A DNA stretch of 64,000 nt, taken from the NCBI RefSeq assembly GCF_001194135.2, contig NC_068987.1, forward strand, positions 94,640,029 through 94,704,028. The letters run 5' to 3'. Below, one piece after another: positions 1 to 13,952 of this stretch. Positions within the stretch are counted from its first letter, which is position 1. The number at the start of each line of letters is the position of its first letter. The notes beneath the pieces were generated by a model that was given only the letters and a program-made list of their open reading frames with translations, was not told where the DNA came from and did not search any database. The translations under genes and the position numbers were made by a program. Source of the stretch: Octopus bimaculoides. Lineage: Eukaryota.

Positions 1-1939
1 TTTGTATGTTTGTTTGCATGTGTACAAGCTGTACAGTAACTTTGCATGCAACAGTCATATGCATATGCATTTCATATATTTCTTAAGTGAACTTACTGCA
101 TATACATACATCATTCACATTACATTGTCATCATCATCTTCAGAAACAACCTCTCAGTTTCACTGGACGTTTTCTATGTCTGTTCAACAATAAGTATAAT
201 TTAAGATTCAGAATAGACCTTGAAGAGCTTGTGATTGGCAACAAAAGAACTTTGACAAACACCTGATTGATTGTTTAACCAGCACATTAAACAAATGGTC
301 AATTAGTTAGGTGGTTAGATTTTTAATCAACTGACTACAAATAAAGAAGTGATACTGAACCAATGCATTTGCTGTTAATATTAGTGTAATGACCCTCCCA
401 AGACATTTCAAGATTTGTTTCAACATACAAATTCACATCAAGAATCTTGCAAACCAAATACAAAAATAAAGTATTATTTAAGCAGTTTATATTTTATTTA
501 TTGTTTATTTTTAAATAGTTCTTTTTTGTCTCTCGGTCTCATGTCATGGTTGCCCTGTAGAAGTTTAATATTGTGATTTGAGTTGAATTGACTTGAGGTT
601 TTAAATAACTAAGAAAGAGTTGATCCTGAAAGCTGTGCCTCCAGCAAGTTTGGCAGAGCTATCTTGATCATGCTTATCATCATCATCATCATCATCATCT
701 TACTTGTTTGTAATAAAAGGATGGATGATGGCCAGTGTAGTAGAGTGTTGGTAAGTTGGTAAGTTTTGGTTTCAAATCCTATTGCATTTGGTTTTGCTTT
801 TCATCCCTGAGAGATTAATAAATGAACAACAGTAATAAAGTGGTATTGATTTAATCTGTTTAGGGGTCTGTAGATCCCTAGACAGATTCAAGGCCTTGTG
901 TCAATGGGAAAATGAATTTACTCAGTGTTGTTATTATTCCTGTGCTTGTTCTTGGTCATTTACTCTAGTGATAAATCCATTTAACTTACTCTCCTTAATG
1001 CTTGACACTTGAAACAGTTTCCAGTTTTAAAATGGAAAAAAGTATCAAATTAATTTCTTTGAAGATAATATTAAGGCATACTAAGAAGTGGCCAAGTGAT
1101 ACGGATGGGGGGACAAATAACATTTGAAACAATGATGAGGATGGGGAGAAGTTAATATTGTTTAGTACCAGGTTATCTCTCATCAAGCAAAACTCTGATC
1201 AAAGCAAATCCATGACCATCCTGTCTTTTCCAAATATGGAATTCTCGAACTGCATTACTATGCATATCTTTTCCTTTTTGAAGAGGTTAGGTTGTTATAT
1301 GAGGAGATATGGCTTCTATTTCTAGCAAGTGAAACTACTACATGGTGGTTTCTTTATTGGTCGGATGATTAATGCAGCACATAAAAAAAATTGACAGAAA
1401 AAAATGCCTGAAAATATTCAAGTTTCTTAAATGAAAATTCAAATTTGTGTTTGATCCTTCTAGCAGTGGTCAACATTACAGTGGTAGAGAGGAATGATCA
1501 AAAAATACCAGTTATATTACTGGGGCTCATTTGGTTTTGTCTTATGTTATCTATGCAATTGGTCTGGTGCCAAAGTAAGAAATAATAATAATTATTGTTA
1601 TTCTTTCTATTGTTAGCATCATGGTTGTCCTCCTCCTCCTCCTCCTCATCGCCGTCGTCGTCGTCATCGGCATCACCATCATCATCGGCATCACCATCAT
1701 TGTCTCTTATTTCTATTAGTTATTGCAACTGAATTCTTTTATGGCTGAATCTCCGTATCAACTTTCTTCCATAAATTGTTCAACGTGGAATTTATTGATT
1801 TCGTTCTATCGATCCAACAATCGATTAGAAATAACAGCTACACATTTTTATGTCTTGTTTTGTATTTTTTCATTTCTTTTTCATATTTCTTTCTTCCCCC
1901 ACCTACACATTCCATACTACACACACATTATTATTATTA

Positions 1940-1973
<34 letters not shown>

Positions 1974-4056
1974 CATCTCTTATTTTTCTTGTTATTGTTG
2001 TAATTATTATTCCTGCTTTATTTCTCTTTCACATGTATATGTCTTCTGTTCACTTTTGTTTTTTATTTCATTCTATTTTATATTCTGTTGTTTTATTTCT
2101 ATCTTATTTGATTTTGTTTAATTAATTCTTATGCTTTTCTGTATAATTTCTCTTTTTTCTTCACACTCTTAACTTTTCTCATCTCTCTCTTTCTCTCTCT
2201 CACACACACACACACTCTCTTTCTTTCTCTCTCCCTCCCTCTCTACTCTCTTCAACTCCCACCCTGATACACTCTCTTAACTAACATCGCCACTACCATT
2301 ACTAGCAGTACCATCACCACTGCTACCATCACTGCCACCACTACTATAATGACGACCACCTCCACCACCATGACCACCACCATCATCATCATCATCACCA
2401 TCATTACCAATATTACAACTATCTATGTCATCTTCCATTTTTACACCTCCACATCTCTGTTCTGTTCTTCTGTAGAATTTCTGGAAAATGACTTTTCCCT
2501 AACAAGTCCTGCAGCTTTCATTGATTCTGATCAACAACAGGAACAACAAAAACAACAACAGCATTAGCTATTATATTGAGAATGATGATGATGATGATGA
2601 TGATGATTCTCAATATAATATTTTCTCCCCACCCTACCTCTCTCTTGTATTTATTTTTTACATTATTTTTTCCATTGAAAAAACATTTCAATGCTTTCAC
2701 AAAAGTCTTTAGTATTGATTTTTCAAATTTAATTATGAAACTTGCATGAACACAACCTCACACACAGATCATGTGAACACAGACATACATGCACTCATGC
2801 ACATACACACGTATGCAGATAGCCTACACTCACACAATCACCACATGCAAACACATATCCATTGAGAGGATATTATTTTGAACATCACTGAAGAATTCAT
2901 TCATTTACACACACTCACAAAAAGGAACACAGTATTTTTCTTATAACTCTCATTCAAATACATACACACACGCACCTAAATGTGTGTATGAGTTACTAAC
3001 CAGCCATGAACAACAACATTAGCAGTTAGGCACAAACACACATGATGTGTGTATATAATGAATATTTTCAGATGTACGTGTTCATGTGAAGATATGTATG
3101 TATGTGCACACACACACAATTGTAAACATATAAATCCATATGTTTTCATTCATATTTTGTTTTCTGCACCAACGTACTCTCAATTGATAACTGTATATGT
3201 GGACATACAACATCTATATAGTGGCCTCCATATTGATTTATTATACGCATTTCCATACATCTCACAAATACACACCTATGTGCACAACTGAACACCCATT
3301 TAAGTACATATTCATACTTTCCATACAGGTTATTAAAAGGTTATCGAAAAAATATTACATTCATGCTATTAATTTGACCTACATAAAGAGATGCTTTCAT
3401 ACATATGTTTTTGTCAGTTATCCGTCCTAGAGCTGCTATCTACATTGTAGGTGGGGCCCATGTATAAGATGGCAAGAGTAGTAATTATGATGGCAAGTAT
3501 TGTTGCTGCTCTGCAGGCAATGGAAATATTTCTCATGACCTATGTAGGGCTCTGTAAGGCTGTATATATATATGTAAAAAGAATTGAAGGTAATACTATG
3601 CAACTTCATGAAAATAATCATTATTATTATTACAAGCAAATCTACCCTTCTATGATGGAGGCATGAAATGAGGGAAGCAAGTCATAACAGCTGTATGCAT
3701 TGAGAAATGTGTGAATGGACTTGATAGATTACTGGGTGATGTCTTAGAGTAATCACATTATTGTTGGTGATACAGCATTCTATTGCAACTAGTCTTGTTT
3801 GCGACTGACATGTGATGACGATTCACTCACGATCTGAAATAGGCTCCCAGCCTCTGTATCATGAATGGTTATGTGGACCATTCTTAAAGAAAGCCATAAC
3901 TTTTGACCACTACATAAAAAGTATTAAGAAGAACATGCTATTTAGATATACTTTTATTTTAGTTGTTTGCATTATTTTATACTTGTTTATACATTCAAAC
4001 TTCACAAATTTCCTTATTTAAATTATGAATCATTCCTTTTGATAATATCAACATAA

Positions 4057-4263
4057 TTACAAAACTTCTTTGTAGATGATATTTTCTGTTTGGTCGACAC
4101 TAATTTTCAAATTACTGGAGTCCGTTGCTCTTCTCATAGCGACGTATAACTGGCCGTGTGTAAACATCGGACTGAGTAAAAATACAACTACACAATCTAA
4201 AGTCTGGTTCTGAGCCTTGTTTGCTGTGAATGTGTGAGTGGATCTAGGGTTGCAAAAAATCAA
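4057..4263 (-). mobile_element. Helitron remnant, C-terminus of the PIF1-like helicase
   Basis: TANKAQNQTLD...MFTHGQLYVAMRR...ENIIYKEVL* matches the Helitron helicase end TINKSQGQTL...VFSHGQLYVALSR...NVVYKEVL. Confidence 0.85.
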
Positions 4264-5028
4264 ACTAAGACTAACCTCTCACTGTTCTATGTGAATAATG
4301 TCTGGATGTTCTGGTACCATGGGTTATCTTGATCGACAAAGCTGTGATGGCAACAGCCACTTTGATTAGCCATTTCGAATCCTACTTGAGACTGACACTC
4401 GTCAATAACCACTAAATAATTACACACGACACTTTTCCCATTTTATTTTCACTATTAACTGTCCTTGCGACCCCCTTCATATCTGTGATGGGGCCATGAA
4501 CTATACAATGAAAATCCAGAATTACTCATGGTCAGGGAATTTTTAATAAAAATGCGAAGGTGGTTTCTCAATTCCAAAATCGATATCCATGAAATAATCA
4601 TATTTTCTGACTTTTTTAATGCTAAAACCTTCCTGACAACTGTCTTTGTAATCCCAGCCATCTGGTCGTGAACAGGGAACAGACAAAGAGATGGACAGAC
4701 ATATGGACATAATGCCCATTATGGAAAGATTGCCGATATATATATCAGGTAGCTATCATAAATGACATCAATGCTTGCACCATATGTATATAATACAAAG
4801 AATATATATGCATGTATACACACATATATGTACATACTTACATCTACATGTGTATATAGATGCATATCAGGGTACAGGACGTTAGAACAATGAACTACAG
4901 ACAACGAAACGAACACATAGGAAAACAGAAAGCCACTTGGAATTATTCCTTCATCAGCTGCCCCTATTCTAACTCGACGTTTCGAAGATAAGGCAGAATG
5001 TACTCTAGAATAGTCTCTTCCTGAGTAG

Positions 5029-5059
<31 letters not shown>

Positions 5060-8000
5060 GCATAACATCTACCAATATTAGAAAATTTGGGGCTGTTGGG
5101 AACATCCTACAGCAGGGGAAAGGTGCAAGCATTGATGTCATTGTATAAATAAACAAGAGTTACAAGGCCATCTGCAGCAATAGTAGAGATATGTCACTTT
5201 GCTTCTGTTGCTGGAAAGTGCAGGTTAAAGTGTTGTTTTCATATACTCTTCAGCAGCATTAATGAATCAATGCTGTCTGTACAACTAACATGATTTTCAT
5301 AGCCAGTCTGGTAATCACAGGAAAATGATTGAGAGTCTCATCAGAATTTGGCTGTTGCTTTTGTTAATTTCTCCAAAGTACATACATACATTCATACATA
5401 CATATTTACACACACACACATAAGCACATTTAACACACACACACATAAACACATATAACATACACACACACATTCATGCACACACATGCACACATACATA
5501 TGTATATGTTTATATGCAATTACATAGGTGTACGTAATTGTATACGTTTGTCTATTTATATAATATACATATAGGTATTATTAAGATATAAAATATGTAA
5601 TGTAAACTGAATGAACTGTAGAGTAAATTAAGCCATATGTATTACAATAAAATATGTATACTTTTTCTCATCTAAGACATAATTGTTTCTTTATGATAAA
5701 TGTCTATAGCGATATGCATGTGTATTCATTTCACCAGCAGAACTGCAAGTGATATACTTGTTGGAAATAAACTCATTTATATACATTAGTAACTGACACA
5801 GAACAAAAAAATAAATAAATAAATAATTAAAAAAAAAAAAAAAAAAAAAAAAAACAAGTTATTAATCCAAAGATATAAAGTAAGTTTCAAGCAAAAATTC
5901 CCTTGGAGTAAGTTTCTCTACATCAAACTAGCTACAACAATTTCGGGCATCTTTATTTCAAACATCTCTCCTCCCTCTGTCTCTCTCTCTCTTACAGTCT
6001 TGATGATGATGTGAATACATGTGTATCTTATTAAATGTTATTTATTATCATTAAAAATCATTATTTAATGAGCTTATCTCAAAAGAACAATTATTTCCAG
6101 AGTATTCTATTTTAATATGCATACTTTGATTTACTTTTCAAATTCATTTAATTAACATATATTATTACTCTAGCTTTATCTAAGTCTGTTGAGCTCTTTC
6201 ATAGACTTTGCATGAAAATAGATACATCCTTGATGTGGGTGACGAATATCCATTTACAGGTTTGCACATCGAAGTAAATATAGGTTTTAAAATATGTAAA
6301 CTAAACATTTGTAGATATACAAAACCAATCACAATGTCAGATACTATTTGTCCCTGTGAGGGGGTCAGTCATTTGAATTCTTTGTGTAGAATTAGTTGCT
6401 GTTGCTAGCTGAATCATCCTAACTGTTCCATGTGGATATGGATAGGTACCATTAATGGAATTAATATGATTCTTGTGCATATGCAATAAGGAATTTAGAA
6501 AAATAAACAATTGGGATGATATTGTAAAAAAAGGTTAATGGAATTTCATTATGCAAGACCAGATTAGCTTACTGTCTTAAATTGGTCAGTTTTATAGTTA
6601 TAAAATCTAGGCTATTACCACAGTTAAGCTATTATTTTTGCAGATAAAAATTTAGTTACTATTAACTTCACAACATGCACCTGTCCCTTATCAGGTAGCT
6701 ATCATACTTCTTTCTGAAGATTTCAATAATGACTGCCACATTAACTTCTGAACAGATGATAAAATTAATTGACTTTTCTAAGGTAGTCATTCATCATATA
6801 CAATTTCACAATTTATTAACATGTGGACACATGCAAGCATGCGTGAGCACACACACACTCATACACACACACACGTGTGTGCATATGCACGCACACAGTG
6901 TTCCTAGTGTATGAAGGAAAAAAAAAAAGGCAATGAACAATTTTTATTGTCTGCAAATACACTTTTAGATGTTTAATTCATTTTAATGCAAACTGCTATT
7001 TATAATTATTTTTAGGAGTAAAATGTTCAATATAATTAATTAGAAAAGTAAATTAGTAATTGACTGTTGTAACATACAGGAATTTCACAAACTTTTAAAA
7101 TAAAGTAGCTAAGAGATTTGGGGGATTAAATTTGTCTGTCTGTCTCTCTGTATCTGTCTATCTCTCTCTCTCTCAGACATACACAAACACAGACATACAC
7201 ATGTTTTCTCTGTATGTGAGTGTGTTAGTGTGTTTGAATGTGCTTGTGTATACCAGTTTTCAGTCAAACCATGCCAGCATGGAAAGCGAACATTAAATGA
7301 TGATGATGATATATGTATATATATACCACTTTGCAGATAGTCGGCAATTTTCATATAAATTCTACTTCAACTGATATCCAAATAACAATCTATGAATTTA
7401 AAATATTTTGTTTCCTTACTATGTATCTGTTACATGAGTTTTTATGTTTCATACTCTACAATCTAAATTAATGTTGTTGTTAGCAGTACATTTAAAATTT
7501 CTAAACCTACATGTTATTTATCCTGTATTATGATTTCAAAATGTGAGTGTCTGCTATATCATGTGCATTATGTGTGCATTTTCAGACATGAATAAAATAT
7601 GGAAATTTGAACTAATGGCTAATGCACTCACATAGATAAACAGAGGCCAATACCTCAAAGAGTTGATAAGAGTATTTTCTTGAAAAACAACACACCTCCA
7701 AATGACACTCCTTCTCTTTTGAACAATATTGAAATTGATCTTATATCTCTCTCTGTCTGTCATTCTCATTTATTCTCCCATTCCACTTTATTACTTATAT
7801 GACTGTTTTGTAGCTGTGTTATATATCAAAACTACTTAAAATTCTTCAGTCCCTCAATATTGACTAGAGATCTCTAAAAAGTGTTTTCTATCTCTTCAAA
7901 TGTGTTTTGCATTTGTATTATATTTTCAATATTATCTATGCAGAACACAAGATATAAGCACACCATATCATGTATTTGCAATATATACCATTTGTTGTGC

Positions 8001-9507
8001 TATATATGTGTGTATGTGTTGAAACCTAAATTTTGAAGAAATTTGTTCTAAAATCATGCCTACATGAATACACACACACACATGCTTACACATATAAACA
8101 GACATATTCAGAATATTATTGCAAAGGATCAATTAAATGAGCAGAGGGGCTTGGTTTACATTTTACTTGTGATCTACTCCTGATCATGTTCAAAAGTATT
8201 GAACTATTGTTTTTATGAGGTGGTATCAAAGTGGCAGGAATGCTGGTACCAGTGTATTACTGTGCAAGGTGATAATTTAAAAGGAGATGATGTTAAAGCT
8301 TAAGTAAATAAGTTCTTTTTTTTTTTTTTAAAACATAATTAGTTCAGAAACTTTTTGATATCACTTTCACATATTTACAATTGAAAATGTTTTAGCTGAG
8401 AACAGAATATCCTGTTGCCTACTTTGGAACTTTAATAAATAAAATGTTAGAATACTGGTCTATTTGTAATAACTAACCACATATACAAATGAGAGAGAAA
8501 GTGATTAATGAATGGAGGTGTGTTATTGTAAAATCTCGTTTTCTCTTAAGAGTTTGACTGACAAGTTGTTATGTCTTTTATCTGCCATTGTTCAATCTAC
8601 ATCAAACATGCCTCAAATTATAGGCATTTCATTCAGAGAACATTCTGTTATATTCAGATGTGAAAGAAACTTTTATTAGGCCATGTGTTCTTTATTAAGA
8701 TAGCTAGGTGTGAGAGGGTCACTATTTCTAGTAAGTTGAGCAAGCATATTGAAGTTCCCTTGTTAACTCATTTTACTGAATCTTATAAGTTGATAGAGAT
8801 AATAGTTATATCTCATCATCTTTATGAGTGCTGACAGCTGCTGCATACAGCCGAATAAAATATTAACACTTACAGTTGCCAAGATGGTATTTTCTATGGA
8901 CCACATGAAACTTGATGATACTTAAGTATTAACATATGTGTTATGCTTCAGTGGACCTGATATATATTTAATACATTTCAAATCTATATTTTCCAGTTGT
9001 TATACATGTCAATGCAATGAAGGAAGACTTACTGTAGCAAATGGTTAAATAAGATAGCATCACATATACAACTTAAAAAAAACTATCCCCCACCTTCATA
9101 ATAGCTGCAAATGGAAACAAGACTGTGTGCGCATGCATGCACACACACACATACACACATATATACATATCTATATATTTATGCATGCATACATCTAATC
9201 ATGTATATATATGTACATATGTATGTAAATTACAAATAAGAGAGTAACTAGTAAATTACAGAATGAGAACAATCTGGCCACCAGGGGTTTAATGAAGGGT
9301 TTGGATTCAAATTTAATGAATATGCCTGAATATAACAGCCGCTTGCTTCCAGGTGAGGTGATATTTCCACCTGACCCAAAAATTTTTTCACAGAAGACTG
9401 GAAACGAATGACACCCTTCAAGCGATGGAGACCCTTACTTACAACTATCACACAATGTTGAGACAAAGAGGTATCAATATACATGCATACAAATATGTAT
9501 CAGTGTT

Positions 9508-9650
9508 GCTTCCCAATCATTTGGTCCTGGGTTCCGTCCCACTGTGTGGAGCCTTGGGCAGATGTTTTCTACTAAAGTTTTGGGCCAACCAAAGCCATGT
9601 GAGCGGATTTGGTAGATTGAAACTGAAAGAAGTCTACTGTATCTGTGCAT

Positions 9651-9691
<41 letters not shown>

Positions 9692-9865
9692 TGTGTGTGC
9701 ACCTGACAACTGTTGTTGGTTTGTTTATGTACTCGTAACTTGTGGTTTGGCAAAAGAAACTGATAGAATAAGTACCAGGCATAAAAATAAGAAATGGGGC
9801 CAATTTGTTTGACTAAAACCCTTCAAGGCAGTACCCCAGAATGGCCACTGTCCAATGACAGAAGG
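9508..9865 (+). mobile_element. SINE family 1 copy (tRNA-like head, internal (GT)n, conserved 3' half)
   Basis: Aligns by eye with the copies at 12669, 13035, 35232 and 37868 (gccttgtgagtggatttggtaga..gaaactgaaagaag; gatagaataagtaccagg). Confidence 0.85.
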
Positions 9866-10419
9866 AGATAAGCTCACCAAATAGACTGTTTCCCACCATC
9901 CCCAACATATACCCCTTCACACACATTGTACTCCCACATATATAGACCCCCCACACACACACACACACGTACGCATAACACACTACATGCTAACATAAAA
10001 CACCTTAACCAATACAGGAAGAAAACAGTGTAATGAACACAATTATAAATACGCACACTCCTGGAAAAAATTATATAGATGACACCACTATACATACCCC
10101 ATCCCCACACTTAATAATGCACATATTTCCGACATACACGTCAAGATAACTCTTCCCAGCTTCACAGCGAATCCAACTAAGGGACATAACTCATAGCCTA
10201 ATCCCCTGCCCTTTTTTGTTTCACCATCTCTTTCATAGCAACCACAGACCAGATGTGTCAATTCACCTCTGACAATAGAGAGCAGTCAGCATATTCCCTT
10301 CCATAACGGGTAACTCTGATGAGCGTAAGGTTATATAATTGGATTGTTATTCCATTGTAGTCCTAATGTGAAACCAACTGGCAAAATCATCCATGATGGG
10401 TATATAATACTGTACATTT

Positions 10420-10458
<39 letters not shown>

Positions 10459-10502
10459 TAAATTAATATGAACATGCATATAAACTGATACACACACAGG
10501 AT

Positions 10503-10542
<40 letters not shown>

Positions 10543-10689
10543 CTCAGGTTATTAGTAACACAATGCCTAAGTGAAATAGTAAAGTATATATATATATATA
10601 TGTATTCTATAACAACTATTGAGTAATCTTTAGGTTTTAATGTGAAATTGGTTTTGTGTGTAACTTGACATGAAAGCAAATATTAATAC

Positions 10690-10942
10690 ATATGTACATA
10701 CTGATGACCTGTAAAAGGTACCTGTGCTGGTGACACATAAAAGGCACCTGTGCCAGTGACACATAGAAAGCACCCTGATACGCTCTGTGGGGTAGATGGT
10801 ATTAGGGAGGGTATCCAGCCATAGAAACTAAAACAATACAGACCAGAGTCAGGTGTAGTTCTCAGGCTTATCAGCCCCAGTTAAACTGTCATACCCATGC
10901 TAGCATGGAAAATGGACAGTAAATGATGATGATGATGATGAT

Positions 10943-10945
<3 letters not shown>
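10690..10945 (+). mobile_element. SINE family 3 copy with (GAT)n tail
   Basis: cccatgctagcatggaaaatggac..aaatgatgatgat, matching the copy at 36050. Confidence 0.8.
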
Positions 10946-11024
<79 letters not shown>

Positions 11025-12547
11025 CTATAATTTTGCTTTAAAAATACTATATGTAATAAGAATTCCTAGAAATACATTGTTTGTCTGATATCTGTTATGT
11101 AACAGTTTTGATATAGGTTGATAGATTAAGGCTGCAATTTGAAACTGCATGGGGTTCTTTTTACCTGGGAAATTATTCTGGAGCTGCCATATTCATAATA
11201 TATAATTATAAATAAAAATTTATTTATGCCTTTTCATGGTCGTTCTAATTTTGGCAGAGGCTGAAAGAAGTGACTGAAGCGCAGTGGATATAAATCATAT
11301 TAAATGTAGGTGTTGTGGTAGTAGAAGTAGCAGCAGTAGTAGCAATGGATAAAATGACTGGTGTATCCTAGTTTACCAATAGTTTCTAGAAACATCAAGT
11401 ACGACCTCTCTTAAGAAACATATTCTTTAGTAGAAATTACTCTTAAAATTAAGTGTCAACAGCTTAAGCCCCATTATGATTTTTGTACATCTGTGAGCAA
11501 TAATGTCTTCAGTGACAACGTTGAAAGTGATAATGACTATTATGACAATACATAGATATACAAATACACAAGGTATCCATTAATACAAATTCATATAAGC
11601 ACACATTCACACAACCCTAAATACGTACATATATATATATATAGATAAATTTACAGGCATACATATGCATTCATAGAAGTAAGTGCATATATTAACACAT
11701 TTCCAAACAAAAAAAAAAAACATACAAAACTGTATAAGTGTTTTAGATATTATTTTGCTGCTGCTATTGATGATGATGATGATTGTATGAAAATACATTG
11801 AGTAAGACCTTGTTGCTAACTGATGACTTGGAATGTGATTGGTTTGAAGGCTGCTTCTTGGATTCCTTGAAGTTTCTATGGTAGAAAGGAAGAACTGCTG
11901 TTTTTGGTATATACATTATTGAATGGCATCAATGTTTTCCATTGTCTAATCAATCAGAGGAAAAGAAAAGGGGGGAAAAAAATGTAGAAATATATAAATG
12001 AAAGGGGACAAGAGGAAGCAGATAGAAAAGGCTTAAGAGAGTTGCAGAGAAATGGAAGGCGGTGAAATTCCTTTCCATTTATGAGTCATTCCAAGATGCT
12101 TCCTGTTGTGAATGCCCGGACTGTCTTTCTTGCACAGCAGACATTATGAAAATTGTGTGTAGGACTGAATGTTGCCTCCATGTTTGTGTGTATGTGTGTG
12201 TATATGAATGACTCTGCTGGAAAAAAAGTTTTGGAAGGTTGGAAAGAAAAGATTTTTTACTGCACAACTAATGGAAGGTTATGAAGAGATTCTATAGGAA
12301 AAACATCATCATCATCATTATTATTGTTCTTGCATTGGCCTTTGCAAATCAATTTTTTCTCAGTTTTGACAGTAGTCAGGTTTTTATCCTTTCCTTTTGT
12401 TTTCATTTTTTTTTTTACTTTTGTTTGTTTTGTTTCATGATTTATTGACATTTAAAATAAGTGTTTATTTTCTAAACACATTCTCAACAAAGTTATTTCA
12501 TTTTTGGAACTTCTGCTGTTCCGCCTGATTGAAATTTTCCTTATATG

Positions 12548-12609
<62 letters not shown>

Positions 12610-12621
12610 ATATATATATAT

Positions 12622-12668
<47 letters not shown>

Positions 12669-12669
<1 letters not shown>

Positions 12670-12976
12670 TCTTTTACTCTTTTACTTGTTTCAGTCATTT
12701 GACTGTGGCCATGCTGGAGCACGCCTTTCTTAGTCGAGCTAATCGACCCCAGGACTTATTCTTTGTAAGCCTAGTACTTATTCTATCGGTCTCTCTCTAT
12801 TGCTGAACTGCTAAGTTACGGGAGGCGTAAACACACCAGCATCGGTTGTCAAGCAATGGTGGAGGGGACAAACACACACACATATATACAATGGGATTCT
12901 TTCAGTTTCTGTCTACCAAATCCACTCATAAGGCTTTAGTTAGCCTGAGGCTATAGTAGAAGACACTTGCCCAAGA
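12669..12976 (-). mobile_element. SINE family 1 copy, inverted
   Basis: Reverse complement of both halves of the family, e.g. cttttacttgtttcagtcatttgactgtggcc and tctaccaaatccactcataaggc. Confidence 0.88.
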
Positions 12977-13034
12977 CATATATGGAATGTTTATATATAA
13001 TTCACCTATATTTGCACCATCAGAAAATCATGAA

Positions 13035-13240
13035 GTGGCTGTGTGGTAAGAAGCTTGCTTTCCAACCACATGGCTTTGGGTTCAGTCTCACTGCATGGCA
13101 CTTTGGGTAACTGCCTTGTACTGCATCCTTGGGCCAACCAGAGCCTTGTGAGTGGATTTGTTAGATGGAAATTGAAAGAAGCTCTTCAAGGTGGTGCCCA
13201 GTGAGGCCACAGTCTAATAATGACTGAAACAAGTAAAAGA
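13035..13240 (+). mobile_element. SINE family 1 copy with internal deletion
   Basis: A-box-like tggctgtgtggt and B-box-like gggttcagtct. The 5' half joins directly to the 3' tail ggtggtgcccca...gactgaaacaagtaaaaga. Confidence 0.85.
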
Positions 13241-13316
13241 TAATATTTACATATGAATCTGACAATCAGCATGTCACACTAATTTCTTTGGTAATACCAA
13301 TATTTATATCTGTTGC

Positions 13317-13533
13317 AAGGCAGTGAGCTAGCAGAATTGTTGGCATGCCAGGCAAAATGCATAGCAGCATTTCATCTATATTTGTGTTCTGAGTTCAAAT
13401 TCTGCTGAGGTCAGCTTTGTCATATATCATTTTGGGTTGATAAAATAAGTACTATTTGTACACTGAGGTTGATGTAATCGACCCCCCCCCCCGCCACCAC
13501 AAATCCCTGGCCTTGTACCAAAATTTGAGACCA
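13317..13533 (+). mobile_element. SINE family 2 copy
   Basis: Shares aaggcagtgag..gcagaa..gttctgagttcaaattc..gataaaataagtac with the copies at 22445 and 42076. Confidence 0.8.
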
Positions 13534-13839
13534 ACATTTACATCTGTTGCTTTTCTTGACTCTTTCATTCTCCACACATACATAAACACATTCTGGTCAG
13601 ACAGAGACTATTAACTAATTTGATTATAATTTCTTTTTGCATCTTTATCATCATCATCATTTAACTTCTGTTGTCCATACGGGCATGGGTTGGATGGTAC
13701 CAGACTGAACACTCCTACTGAACATTCCTTTTCCCCTGTCCACCCCCACCCCCACAACCTAAGCTCATCACTCACTCTTTCAACCCTATGTAACTCTAAT
13801 CTTGTTTCTCTTGCATACCCACCACATTTCAAGTTACCT

Positions 13840-13952
13840 ATCATCATCATCATCATCATCATCATCGTTTAACGTCCGCTTTCCATGCTAGCATGGGTTG
13901 GACGATTTGACTGAGGACTGGTGAAACCGGATGGCAACACCAGGCTCCAATA
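13840..13952 (-). mobile_element. SINE family 3 3' fragment, inverted
   Basis: (ATC)n-gtttaacgtccgctttccatgctagcatgggttggacgatttgactgaggactgg. Confidence 0.85.

Noticed and set aside
1723-2125. ORFs with poly-I, poly-Y or poly-L, and similar IYIY, HTHT and SLSL ORFs throughout
   Set aside because: Translations of microsatellites with no splice or domain support.
2475-2567. Acceptor-like site followed by EFLENDFSLTSPAAFIDSDQQQEQQKQQQH*
   Set aside because: No donor; runs into (CAA)n and a stop; no recognisable homology.
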